Of a stretch of 64,000 bases of DNA, positions 55,708 through 64,000 are shown piece by piece (within the stretch, counting starts at the first letter, position 1; each line of letters starts with the position of its first letter). Under the pieces are notes generated by a model. The model made no database searches. It had not been told where the DNA came from and saw nothing but the letters and a program-made list of their open reading frames with translations. The translations under genes and the position numbers were made by a program. The stretch spans positions 2,765,931 through 2,829,930 of the forward strand of contig OZ245855.1 in assembly GCA_965229095.1 (NCBI GenBank). The letters are read 5' to 3'. Origin of the DNA: Edaphocola sp. (GTDB taxonomy: Bacteria > Bacteroidota > Bacteroidia > Chitinophagales > Chitinophagaceae).

Positions 55708-58700
55708 TTACTTTACAATCACAAGCTTCTGGCTGCTTTTCCGGCCATCGATCTGGAGATTTACAAAATATACACCTGAGGTCAGTGACTCCGTACCCAT
55801 ACCGATCAATTGCTTGCCGGACTGCAGGCGCATAGTCCTCACCATTAAAGTCCTTCCGCTCACATCGGTAATACTGATGCTGGCAGCGGCATTGGCTGTT
55901 TTGTTATCCACGATAGCCGTAAAATTGTTATGGGCAGGGTTGGGATAAATGGCAAAGGCTAAGCGCTCTTCACTACCCTTGTTATCGATATCGGTAGGCT
56001 TAACAATGGTATTCACTACCCTGTTGGTCACCACGGCTTCGTTGTAATCGAAATAAATACCGGCGTTGTTCCAGATATGAGTACCATAGGGCAGGTTAGG
56101 CTTCATTTTGATGGTGTAAGTAAACAGCCCGTTACTACCTTTTTCATCATACATTTTTGCAGGCAGGTTAATGTTGTTGAAGGTATATTTCAATACGCCA
56201 TGCTCGTCGATAGAAACCTTGGCAGCATGCGAGCTGTACACAGGACGCAGGGAGGTCCAGTCCAGGTTATTATCCAGCGTATCGATCACCACTACATTCT
56301 GGGCTTTATAAGTACCCAGGTTCTGGAAATGGATCATATACTCCAATACAGAATCGGCACGGGTAATATCACCCATAGGGCCTGTACCCTTAGGACTTAC
56401 TTCTTTAAAATTGGGATCATAAGAGCTTACTACCGTTGTGTTCAACTGGTTTACATTATTCCAGGGAGAATAATCAGTCAGCCAATTGGCCATAGGGGCA
56501 TTATACACAGTCGAATCCCTGTAGGCCAGGCCTGTTCCCATAGGAATATTGGTAGGCACATTGTAGGTGATATTAAAAGCCTGTGAAGCACCTGGGGCCA
56601 GTGTAGGAAAGGTATTGCCTGCTGTGGAATAATGAGAAGCGCCTGCCGGTGCAAAAATACCGCCGGGCATAAAAGACGCTGCGTTCAACTGGCCATCATT
56701 GGCATAACCTGCCAGTATATTGCTTTCTGCAACAGTACCGTCGTTGGTCACGATGCAAACCTGGTTATAGGCATTTCCGGGAACAGCCATGTTTGCATTC
56801 CAGGTGCTGATATGCACGTCGTGAATAGGATTAACCAGGTTGGCAAAATTGTAAGTCTGGGTACAACCTGCAGCGGCAGTAGCGGTTACAGTCAATGCGT
56901 TGTTCTGGCAGCCGGCAAGCGGGTAAGTAGCTTGTATGGCTTCCGACAAGGTATAAGTACCGCTGGGCACCTGGAAGGAATAAACACCGGATGCATTGGT
57001 ATAAGCGTAACCGATACCGGAACAATGGATCTGTATATTCGGGATACCCGGCTCTCCTGCATCCTGGACACAGTTACCGTTCAGGTCGTGGTACACAGTT
57101 CCTGTAATGGTGCAATAGCAGGCATTGCCATTGGCATAGCCCACATGCACAAAGCTATGGTCGGTACATCCGTTGGCATCTGTTACGTTAAGCCAGTAAT
57201 TGCCCTGGGCAAGACCGGTAGCTGTGGCCGTAGTCTGACCATTGCTCCAGTTATACGTATAAGGCGCCGTACCACCCCATACACTCGACGCTACACTACC
57301 ATCGGCCGTAAATATACAGGAAGCCAGGGTGGTGGTAAGTCCGGTATTTACCGGTGAAGCAGTTTCTACATTTTTATATTTACTCACAGAACAACCGGCG
57401 GCATCAGTAATCTGTACGGTATAACCACCGGCAGCAAGGCCACTCACCGATTGGGTAGTCGCGCCATTGCTCCATAAGTAGGTATAAGGCGCAGTACCGC
57501 CGGCCGGGATAACATTGATCGAGCCATTGCTCATCAGGCAGGTAGTAGAAGTGCCGGAAATGGAGGCCGTAATCACATTCACAGGCGGCACATTCACAAC
57601 GCCGCTCCGTACACAACCGTTAGCATCGGTAACCAGGAAAGAGTAATTGCCCGGCGCCAGGTTGCTGGCAGTCATGCCGCTCTGTGCTGGGAAGGTATTC
57701 CAGGAAACGGTGTAAGGCGCTTGTCCTCCGGAAACGGTTAAGGTTGCGGAACCTGTAGGCGCAGTACAAGAGCTGGCTGTAGTCGCAAAAGTAACGTTAA
57801 CCGGCGTAGTGGCATTGATATAAGAATAACCGTTGCCGGAACAGCCGTTGGCATCTGTTACCACAACACTGTAGTAACCGGGAGCCAGGTTGTTTTGTGT
57901 GGCTGTAGTACCGCCGTTGCTGTATAGATAGCTATAAGGAGGTGTGCCACCGCTGCCAAAAGTAATGAGGGAACCATTGTTCTGCGCGCAGTTAGAAGGG
58001 GTCATGGTTACATTAGCGCCGATGGTTATGGTCTGGTGTACTTGTTCGCTCTTCTCACGCTGACAACCCAGGGCATCAGTAACAGTTACGGAATAGGGGC
58101 CGGCTACCAAGCCGGAAATAGAAGCAGTATTAGCACCGTTGGACCATTGGTACGTATAGGGAGGTACACCACTGCCTACGATATTGGCCACGGTCGCCGT
58201 ACCGTTGGTACAATTGGCTTGTGTGGTGTTCAGGGTAAAGTTAAAAGGAGGTATTCTATGTACATAGATAGAGTCGCCGCTGCCGTACATAGATCCGTAA
58301 GTGCATCCGTTGGCATCTGTTATCATGAGGCCATAAGAACCATCCGGGAGCGTAGCGGGGTTGCTGGTGCTGGCCACCGTTGAAGTCGCTATATCTATCC
58401 ATTGATAAGTATAAGGTGCCGCTCCTCCGGTAATCGTAGCAGTAGCGGTACCATTTGCAGGACAAATCCCGTTAGTAACCGTGGTTTGATAAGTAAAAGG
58501 AGGCGCACCGGCATAAGAACCGTCCACGCTGCTGGAAGCACCCTGTACATAGACAAAAACCGGTGCGCCGGAATAGCCGGTTAATACATCCGAAAGTGTA
58601 GTTACATTGTTGTGCGTGACCACCGTTCCTGCGCCAATGTACCAGGTAACGGTCAGAGGCGGCGTAAGGTTGGCAAAATTAGCAGTAAGTATGCCATTGG

Positions 58701-58809
58701 CGTTGCAGGGGGCCTGGTTCAGCACAAAGGCTACCGAAGGCTGTTGTGCCCTGGCTATACCTCCCAGCATCAGCAGGCATAACAAGGAAGGATAAAATTT
58801 ACGATTCAT
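55708..58809 (-). CDS. Large surface protein with SprB-type repeats, an SdrD-B/Cna-B-like module and a T9SS type A C-terminal sorting domain
   Basis: 1033 aa. Repeated units match C..NG.A...GG..PYTY.WSNG.T....(S/T)GL..G.Y.V.(V/I)TDA.GC. ITGTVYHDLNGNCVQDAGEPGIPN is also present. The C-terminus IYPNPAHNNFT...ISITDVSGRTL...GVYFVNLQIDGRKSSQKLVIVK is a type A CTD. Confidence 0.9.
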   Translation of the reverse strand: MNRKFYPSLLCLLMLGGIARAQQPSVAFVLNQAPCNANGILTANFANLTPPLTVTWYIGAGTVVTHNNVTTLSDVLTGYSGAPVFVYVQGASSSVDGSYAGAPPFTYQTTVTNGICPANGTATATITGGAAPYTYQWIDIATSTVASTSNPATLPDGSYGLMITDANGCTYGSMYGSGDSIYVHRIPPFNFTLNTTQANCTNGTATVANIVGSGVPPYTYQWSNGANTASISGLVAGPYSVTVTDALGCQREKSEQVHQTITIGANVTMTPSNCAQNNGSLITFGSGGTPPYSYLYSNGGTTATQNNLAPGYYSVVVTDANGCSGNGYSYINATTPVNVTFATTASSCTAPTGSATLTVSGGQAPYTVSWNTFPAQSGMTASNLAPGNYSFLVTDANGCVRSGVVNVPPVNVITASISGTSTTCLMSNGSINVIPAGGTAPYTYLWSNGATTQSVSGLAAGGYTVQITDAAGCSVSKYKNVETASPVNTGLTTTLASCIFTADGSVASSVWGGTAPYTYNWSNGQTTATATGLAQGNYWLNVTDANGCTDHSFVHVGYANGNACYCTITGTVYHDLNGNCVQDAGEPGIPNIQIHCSGIGYAYTNASGVYSFQVPSGTYTLSEAIQATYPLAGCQNNALTVTATAAAGCTQTYNFANLVNPIHDVHISTWNANMAVPGNAYNQVCIVTNDGTVAESNILAGYANDGQLNAASFMPGGIFAPAGASHYSTAGNTFPTLAPGASQAFNITYNVPTNIPMGTGLAYRDSTVYNAPMANWLTDYSPWNNVNQLNTTVVSSYDPNFKEVSPKGTGPMGDITRADSVLEYMIHFQNLGTYKAQNVVVIDTLDNNLDWTSLRPVYSSHAAKVSIDEHGVLKYTFNNINLPAKMYDEKGSNGLFTYTIKMKPNLPYGTHIWNNAGIYFDYNEAVVTNRVVNTIVKPTDIDNKGSEERLAFAIYPNPAHNNFTAIVDNKTANAAASISITDVSGRTLMVRTMRLQSGKQLIGMGTESLTSGVYFVNLQIDGRKSSQKLVIVK

Positions 58810-59055
58810 GGTTCTTTCGATTTTTAAGTGTTAAAGGACGAAGAATAATATCACTAATAAGAGGCGCCTTCGGTGTTTAAACCCTTAGCTTTAAACATAT
58901 TTAAAATAAAATAATTCAAAACAAAGCAGCCATTAGCCCGGATGCTACCCCGCCCGGGTGAAAACAAATCCCTGCTTTCTTTATTCCCCGGAGAATATTA
59001 ACGCAGTTTTGTATATTCCAGATAAGGATTCGGGCCGGAATACCGTTATAGACAG

Positions 59056-59063
59056 TACATTTG
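59056..59063 (+). promoter_or_regulatory. Bacteroidota -7 promoter box TAnnTTTG
   Basis: TACATTTG is a perfect match. Its TTG is the ORF-track start at 59061. The next ATGs are at 59097 and 59118. Confidence 0.5.
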
Positions 59064-59096
59064 TATGTGCATTTTTATCTAATACATAAACATCAG

Positions 59097-60779
59097 ATGC
59101 CAAAACCATACCGTTTTATGAAGAAGATTTTATTTACTTCAATCTGTTTACTGCTCCTGTCTGTTGCTACCCGGGCACAACAATTTAAATTTAAAGGAAG
59201 ATGGATCGATAGCGTTTACAACAGCATGAGCGAAACCGAACGGATAGGGCAATTATTTATGGTGGCAGCATACAGCGGTGGCGAGAAAGCCAACCTGGCC
59301 AAGATAGAGCAGTTGGTAAAGGCCCGGCAGATCGGCGGTCTTATCTTTATGCAAGGCACTGCCGAAGCCCAGGCCAAAATGACCAACCAGATGCAAAAGG
59401 CCAGCAAAGTGCCCCTGCTCATCGGCATGGATGCCGAATGGGGATTGGGCATGCGCCTCACCGGCGTTAAAAACATGCCGAAGCAAATGATGATCGGAGC
59501 CAGCCGCGATACCGCCTTAATGTACGATATGGGTACTGCTGTAGCCGACCAATGCCGCAGGCTGGGCGTACATATCGACTTTGCCCCCGTAGTAGATGTA
59601 AATAACAACCCCAAAAACCCGGTGATCAACTTCCGTTCCTTCGGAGAAGATAAAGAATGGGTCTCAAAATTGGGCATTGCTTATATGAAAGGGCTGCAGA
59701 GCAGGGATGTTATGGCCTGCGCCAAACATTTTCCCGGCCATGGCGATGTATCGGTCGACTCGCACGTCGACCTCCCCCTGATCAAGAAAAGCAGGGCAGA
59801 GCTGGATGAGCTGGAACTATACCCCTTCCGGCAACTGATCGCTGCCGGCGTACAAAGCATCATGATCGCCCACCTAAATGTCCCGGCCCTGGACAATACC
59901 CCCAACCTCCCCACTACCCTTTCGTCCAAAGTAGTGAACGACCTGCTCAAAAAGGAGATGAAATTTAACGGCCTTGTATTTACCGATGCCCTGGATATGA
60001 AAGGGCTGACCAAGTATTATCCCGATGGGGAAACAGACCTGAGGGCCTTCCTGGCCGGCAACGACGTGTTGCTGTTCTCGCAGAATGTTCCGCTGGCTAT
60101 TGAAAAAATACAATGGGCCGTAAAGACGGGAAAAGTAACAGAAGCAGCATTGGCGGCAAGAGTAAAGAAAATATTGGCAGCAAAATATGATGCAGGGCTG
60201 TACCAGTTCCGGCCCCTTAAAGAGGCCAATGTAACTGCCGATCTGAATAAAAGAACCGAAGAGCTGAAAGAGAAAATAGCACGTGCTGCCGTAACCCTTG
60301 TGAAAGACCAATCGGGACTGATCAACAAAATAAAAACAGGCAAAAGCAAAGTAGCCTATATCAACATAAACGGACCGGAAGAAACCTATTTATATACCGC
60401 TTTGAAAAAAGTGTACCCGGCACTTGAGAAAAACAATATCCCGAAAAAGACCAATACCGCCAGCCTGAAAACCTTGCTGGATAAATACAAAGATGCCGAT
60501 GCCATTGTTATCGGCATCCACGAGCTGGCACTCTATCCTGGCAAAGACAGGGCATACGGCCTGGATGCCACACAAATTTCTGCATTGCAGCAGTTTTCTC
60601 AAAAGAAAAATGTGATCTTCGCAATATTGGGCAATGCCTACCTGGTGAAAAGCATTTGTACCGCCAAAAGCGTCATTGTAGGTTATGAAGATGATGTCCA
60701 TACCGAAGAAGCAGTATTTGAAGTGCTTACCGGAAAATTAAAAGCCAGGGGCAGGTTGCCGGTAAAACCCTGCAAATAA
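59097..60779 (+). CDS. Glycoside hydrolase family 3 (beta-N-acetylhexosaminidase, NagZ-like), secreted
   Basis: The signal peptide (MKKILFTSICLLLLSVATRAQ) begins at the alternative ATG at 59118. GH3 N-domain motifs are IGGLIFMQG, DAEWGLGMR, NFRSFGED, KHFPGHGD and FTDALDM. Confidence 0.9.
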   Translation: MPKPYRFMKKILFTSICLLLLSVATRAQQFKFKGRWIDSVYNSMSETERIGQLFMVAAYSGGEKANLAKIEQLVKARQIGGLIFMQGTAEAQAKMTNQMQKASKVPLLIGMDAEWGLGMRLTGVKNMPKQMMIGASRDTALMYDMGTAVADQCRRLGVHIDFAPVVDVNNNPKNPVINFRSFGEDKEWVSKLGIAYMKGLQSRDVMACAKHFPGHGDVSVDSHVDLPLIKKSRAELDELELYPFRQLIAAGVQSIMIAHLNVPALDNTPNLPTTLSSKVVNDLLKKEMKFNGLVFTDALDMKGLTKYYPDGETDLRAFLAGNDVLLFSQNVPLAIEKIQWAVKTGKVTEAALAARVKKILAAKYDAGLYQFRPLKEANVTADLNKRTEELKEKIARAAVTLVKDQSGLINKIKTGKSKVAYININGPEETYLYTALKKVYPALEKNNIPKKTNTASLKTLLDKYKDADAIVIGIHELALYPGKDRAYGLDATQISALQQFSQKKNVIFAILGNAYLVKSICTAKSVIVGYEDDVHTEEAVFEVLTGKLKARGRLPVKPCK

Positions 60780-60827
60780 ATACATGGCTTGCTCTGTTAC
60801 TGTTAAAACAATAACCCGAAAATCTGA

Positions 60828-62285
60828 ATGTCATTAATGCAACGTATCCTTTTTTACCTGCTGGCCAGTTGCCTCCTCTTTTCTTCGGCCGACATATATG
60901 CGCAAAAGAAAAAAAGTAAATCCAGCCATAACCAGCAGGCAAAAAGCGCTTCATCAAAAAAGAAAAAGGGCAAAGCCGTGGCCGGCAAAAAGAAAAAAGG
61001 GAAAAAGGGTACCATTGCTGCAGCATTACCAGCCTTAAACAATGTAGGCGAATTTGATGCAGTTTATACTTTGCATGGTAATAGCAGCAGTTCAGCACTT
61101 GTTACCAATCCCGCTGCGTTGCAAAACCTGGACGCCTTTATCCGTAGTTGCATCAGCCAGGGCGCCTTCCCCGGTTGTCAGGTATTTGCCGCTAAAGACG
61201 GAGAGATCATTTACCAGAAAAACTTCGGTTACTATACTTACGATCGTACCCAATCGGTAACCGATACCACGCTGTACGATATTGCTTCCGTAACCAAAGT
61301 AGCCGCCACCACCCTGGCTATCATGAAACTTTACGAAGAAGGCAAGATCAATCTCAACACTTATCTGAAAAACTATCTGCCTTTTACTATTGGTACCGAC
61401 AAGGCCTATCTTACGATAAGAGACCTTTTGCTGCACCAGGCTGGCCTTAAAGCATTCATTCCCTTTTATAAAGCCACCATTGACAAAATATCGGGAAGTC
61501 CGAGGAACGACCTGTACCGTGTTACGCCCGACAAGCAATTCTCGATACCGGTTGCTTCCAACTTCTATATACTCAACAGCTACCGGGATACAATATGGAA
61601 CGAAATACTGCAAAGCAACCTCGACAACCGGGGCCGCTACGTGTACAGCGATCTTGACTTTTACTTCCTCGAAAAAGTAGCCGAAACCGTGAGCGGTCAG
61701 CCTATAGATCAATATGTAATGGAAAACTTCTACCGCCCCCTGGGCTTGAAATACACCATGTACAACCCCTGGAAGAAAGGTTTGAAGAAGCAATGCGCCC
61801 CTACGGAAAACGACCAGTATTTCCGGTTCCAGTTGGTGCAAGGCTATGTACACGATCCGGGAACTGCTATGCTGGGCGGTGTCGCCGGGCATGCCGGTAT
61901 CTTTTCCAATACCCGCGACCTGGCTGTTATCCTGCAAATGCTGATCAACGGCGGCGAATATAAAGGCCGCAGGTACCTGAAAAGGGAAACCCTGCAAACC
62001 TTTACCGGCTTCAGAAGCAATATCAGCCGGAGGGCCTATGGCTTCGACAAGCCCGAAAAGGCAAGAGGCGACGGCGGCCCCGCTTCCGACCTTTGCAGCA
62101 AAACCACCTTTGGCCACCAGGGCTTTACCGGCACCTGCGCCTGGGCCGATCCCGAAACCGGCATCACCTTCATCTTTTTATCCAACCGCGTTTATCCATC
62201 GGCCGACAACGGCCTGATCAACAGCCTGAGAGTACGGTTTAAAGCGCAAAGCTATATCTACGAGGCATTGGGCTATGGGAAATAA
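60828..62285 (+). CDS. Serine hydrolase of the beta-lactamase/PBP (class C-like) family with a Lys-rich N-terminal linker
   Basis: S-x-x-K motif in YDIASVTKVAATTLAIM, YSDLDFY (Y-x-N-like) and HQGFTGT (KTG-like). After the signal peptide comes the linker KKKSKSSHNQQAKSASSKKKKGKAVAGKKKKGKKG. The 341-aa antisense ORF is a shadow. Confidence 0.85.
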   Translation: MSLMQRILFYLLASCLLFSSADIYAQKKKSKSSHNQQAKSASSKKKKGKAVAGKKKKGKKGTIAAALPALNNVGEFDAVYTLHGNSSSSALVTNPAALQNLDAFIRSCISQGAFPGCQVFAAKDGEIIYQKNFGYYTYDRTQSVTDTTLYDIASVTKVAATTLAIMKLYEEGKINLNTYLKNYLPFTIGTDKAYLTIRDLLLHQAGLKAFIPFYKATIDKISGSPRNDLYRVTPDKQFSIPVASNFYILNSYRDTIWNEILQSNLDNRGRYVYSDLDFYFLEKVAETVSGQPIDQYVMENFYRPLGLKYTMYNPWKKGLKKQCAPTENDQYFRFQLVQGYVHDPGTAMLGGVAGHAGIFSNTRDLAVILQMLINGGEYKGRRYLKRETLQTFTGFRSNISRRAYGFDKPEKARGDGGPASDLCSKTTFGHQGFTGTCAWADPETGITFIFLSNRVYPSADNGLINSLRVRFKAQSYIYEALGYGK

Positions 62286-62299
62286 TCAGGAAAACACAA

Positions 62300-62307
62300 T
62301 ATCTTTG
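62300..62307 (+). promoter_or_regulatory. Bacteroidota -7 promoter box TAnnTTTG
   Basis: TATCTTTG is a perfect match, 23 nt upstream of the ATG at 62330. Confidence 0.5.
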
Positions 62308-62329
62308 TGTCTCACCTGAAAAAATACCC

Positions 62330-64000
62330 ATGAAAAAAATATTGTTTTCCTTATCCCTGCTCATGCCCTCCTTTCTTTGGGCGCAATGGAACAATAATCC
62401 CGCTATAAACACACCAGTATGCGTTACTACAGGCAGTCAGACACCTGGCGATATATGTATCGATGGCTCTGGCGGTGCGCTCATTGTTTGGGGCGACAGC
62501 AGGAGTGGCACCACTAATCCGGATATTTATATACAGCATCTGGACTCAACCGGTACTGCTTTATGGACAACGAACGGCGTACCCGTATGTACAGCCCCGA
62601 GCTACCAAAGCAATCCCCAAATAGTGACCGATGGCGCCGGCGGCGCTTTTATCTTTTGGCAGGATGCAAGATCGGGCACTTCCAACTGGAAGTTGTACGC
62701 ACAACACATCAATGCTGCTGGCACAGCGCTATGGACTGCCGACGGTATTGAATTGACCTCTTTCCCCAATAGTAATACCACCGGGTTTAAGATAGCATCA
62801 GACAATAACGGCGGAGTTATCTTTTGCTGGAATATAAATGGTACCAGCACAGGTACAGATGTAGTAGCCCAACGGCTGGACAATAACGGCAATACCCTTT
62901 GGTCTGCCGGAGGCTTGCTGTTGTGTAATGCCGTCAATAACCAATCCCCGTTTGGATTGATAGCAGATGCCGATGGTGGCGCGATCGTAGCCTGGGTGGA
63001 TCTTCGCAATGGCAATACAGACCTCTTTGCCCAGCGGGTCGATGCCTCCGGAACCATATTATGGATCACTAACGGTGCAGATGTTTGTACGGAATCACAT
63101 GGCCAGAATGTTGCCACAATCATTCCCGATCAACACAAAGGTGCTATTGTTAGTTGGCAGGATGAGCGACTCATCTCTGGGCAACTAAGACCTTATGTGC
63201 AACATCTCGATTCTTCAGGTAATAAGCTCTGGGCCACAGATGGCATATCACTTAGCTCCACGCACAGTAATATTCCTGTTATGGCCACGGACAATACCGG
63301 GGGAGCCATTGTAACCTGGTACGATTCCCGCAACTTCTACAACAGCAGCTATCGTAATAACGACATCTATGCACAAAGGATAAATGCTGCAGGAGTTACT
63401 CAATGGACAACAGGCGGTGCTATAGTTTGCAACGATTCACTGGAACAGTCTTTCCCGATAATGGTCAACGATGGAAATAGCGGTGCTGTTATCCTTTGGT
63501 CTGATGCAGCAGCAGCGGGCAGTGGCTACAGAAGAGCGCAGCGGATCGATGCCAATGGCAACACTGTATGGCCAGGATATGTCACTTATTGTACTGCCCC
63601 AAGCCAAAGTTCACAAAAAATGATAAGGTCTAATAGCAATGTTATCGTAACATGGGCAGATACCCGTTCAGGCAATCAGGATATTTATGCCACCCGCTTT
63701 AGCCTTATAGGCTCCAATCCCATACCATTACCGGTAGACATCAGCAGCTTTTCAGGACAAGCCAAAGGGACTTATAACCTGCTGACCTGGATCACGGCCT
63801 CCGAAAACAACAATAAAGGCTTTGCCATAGAAAGAAGCAACAATGCTACCGATTTCCGGGAAATAGGCTTTGTGAAAGGCTCCGGCACTACCACCGCTGC
63901 TATAACCTACCATTTCAGGGATGAACAACCCGCTACCGGCAAAAATTTCTACAGGCTGAAACAAACAGATTTTGACGAAAGAAGCAAGTACAGTACCGTA
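62330..64000 (+). CDS. Secreted repeat (probable 8-bladed beta-propeller) protein, partial (runs off the right edge)
   Basis: Absent from the ORF track because it is open-ended. My translation from the ATG at 62330 gives MKKILFSLSLLMPSFLWAQ. About 8 units of about 55 aa follow, of the type GGAIV.W.D.R.G..D(I/L)YAQR(I/V)(D/N)..G...W...G. A domain then begins LLTWITASENNNKGFAIERS...FYRLKQTDFDERSKYS. There is no stop to position 64000. Confidence 0.8.
   Translation, partial: MKKILFSLSLLMPSFLWAQWNNNPAINTPVCVTTGSQTPGDICIDGSGGALIVWGDSRSGTTNPDIYIQHLDSTGTALWTTNGVPVCTAPSYQSNPQIVTDGAGGAFIFWQDARSGTSNWKLYAQHINAAGTALWTADGIELTSFPNSNTTGFKIASDNNGGVIFCWNINGTSTGTDVVAQRLDNNGNTLWSAGGLLLCNAVNNQSPFGLIADADGGAIVAWVDLRNGNTDLFAQRVDASGTILWITNGADVCTESHGQNVATIIPDQHKGAIVSWQDERLISGQLRPYVQHLDSSGNKLWATDGISLSSTHSNIPVMATDNTGGAIVTWYDSRNFYNSSYRNNDIYAQRINAAGVTQWTTGGAIVCNDSLEQSFPIMVNDGNSGAVILWSDAAAAGSGYRRAQRIDANGNTVWPGYVTYCTAPSQSSQKMIRSNSNVIVTWADTRSGNQDIYATRFSLIGSNPIPLPVDISSFSGQAKGTYNLLTWITASENNNKGFAIERSNNATDFREIGFVKGSGTTTAAITYHFRDEQPATGKNFYRLKQTDFDERSKYSTV

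Noticed and set aside
55515-55835. 106-aa + ORF between uvrB and the T9SS type A gene
   Set aside because: It overlaps the 3' end of the minus-strand T9SS gene and has a low-complexity leucine-rich translation. It lies after the uvrB terminator and has no promoter box.
61092-62117. 341-aa minus-strand ORF inside the serine hydrolase gene
   Set aside because: It is an antisense shadow. The + frame carries the SxxK, YxN-like and HxG motifs.

Overview
This is a chromosomal segment from a Bacteroidota genome, probably Chitinophagia-like. The inference rests on T9SS C-terminal sorting domains, TAnnTTTG -7 promoter boxes, absent Shine-Dalgarno sequences and REP-like hairpins. The dominant theme is very large secreted or adhesin-like T9SS cargo proteins, with seven in 64 kb: SBBP/propeller, SprB-repeat and PKD proteins carrying type A or type B CTDs. 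They are interleaved with housekeeping genes (tRNA-Phe, dnaN, uvrB, kdsB, an S46 dipeptidyl-peptidase) and a four-gene RND efflux operon encoding TolC, an adaptor and two tandem paralogous pumps. Other content includes a TPR histidine kinase with a LuxR-type regulator, a subclass B1 metallo-beta-lactamase, an HxlR regulator with an NAD(P)H oxidoreductase, a Cys-type sulfatase, a CPBP protease, a GH3 and serine-hydrolase pair, and a truncated MutS paralog. I found no rRNA, CRISPR array, transposase, integrase or phage genes. The most unusual items are listed here. (1) An orphan GG-leader (RiPP or bacteriocin-precursor-like) peptide gene lies in a 1.1-kb non-coding gap. (2) A 215-aa orphan protein next to tRNA-Phe resembles GFP-like beta-barrels by eye. 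(3) An 8x TTAGATA heptamer array fills the spacer between kdsB and a KdnB-like Fe-alcohol dehydrogenase. (4) There is a stand-alone half-size CarB. (5) Three T9SS type-B cargo genes lack an adjacent PorP/SprF partner. Several ORF-track starts are TTG or GTG codons lying inside promoter -7 boxes, so I moved those starts to downstream ATGs. All family assignments come from motif reading by eye, and no database search was possible.
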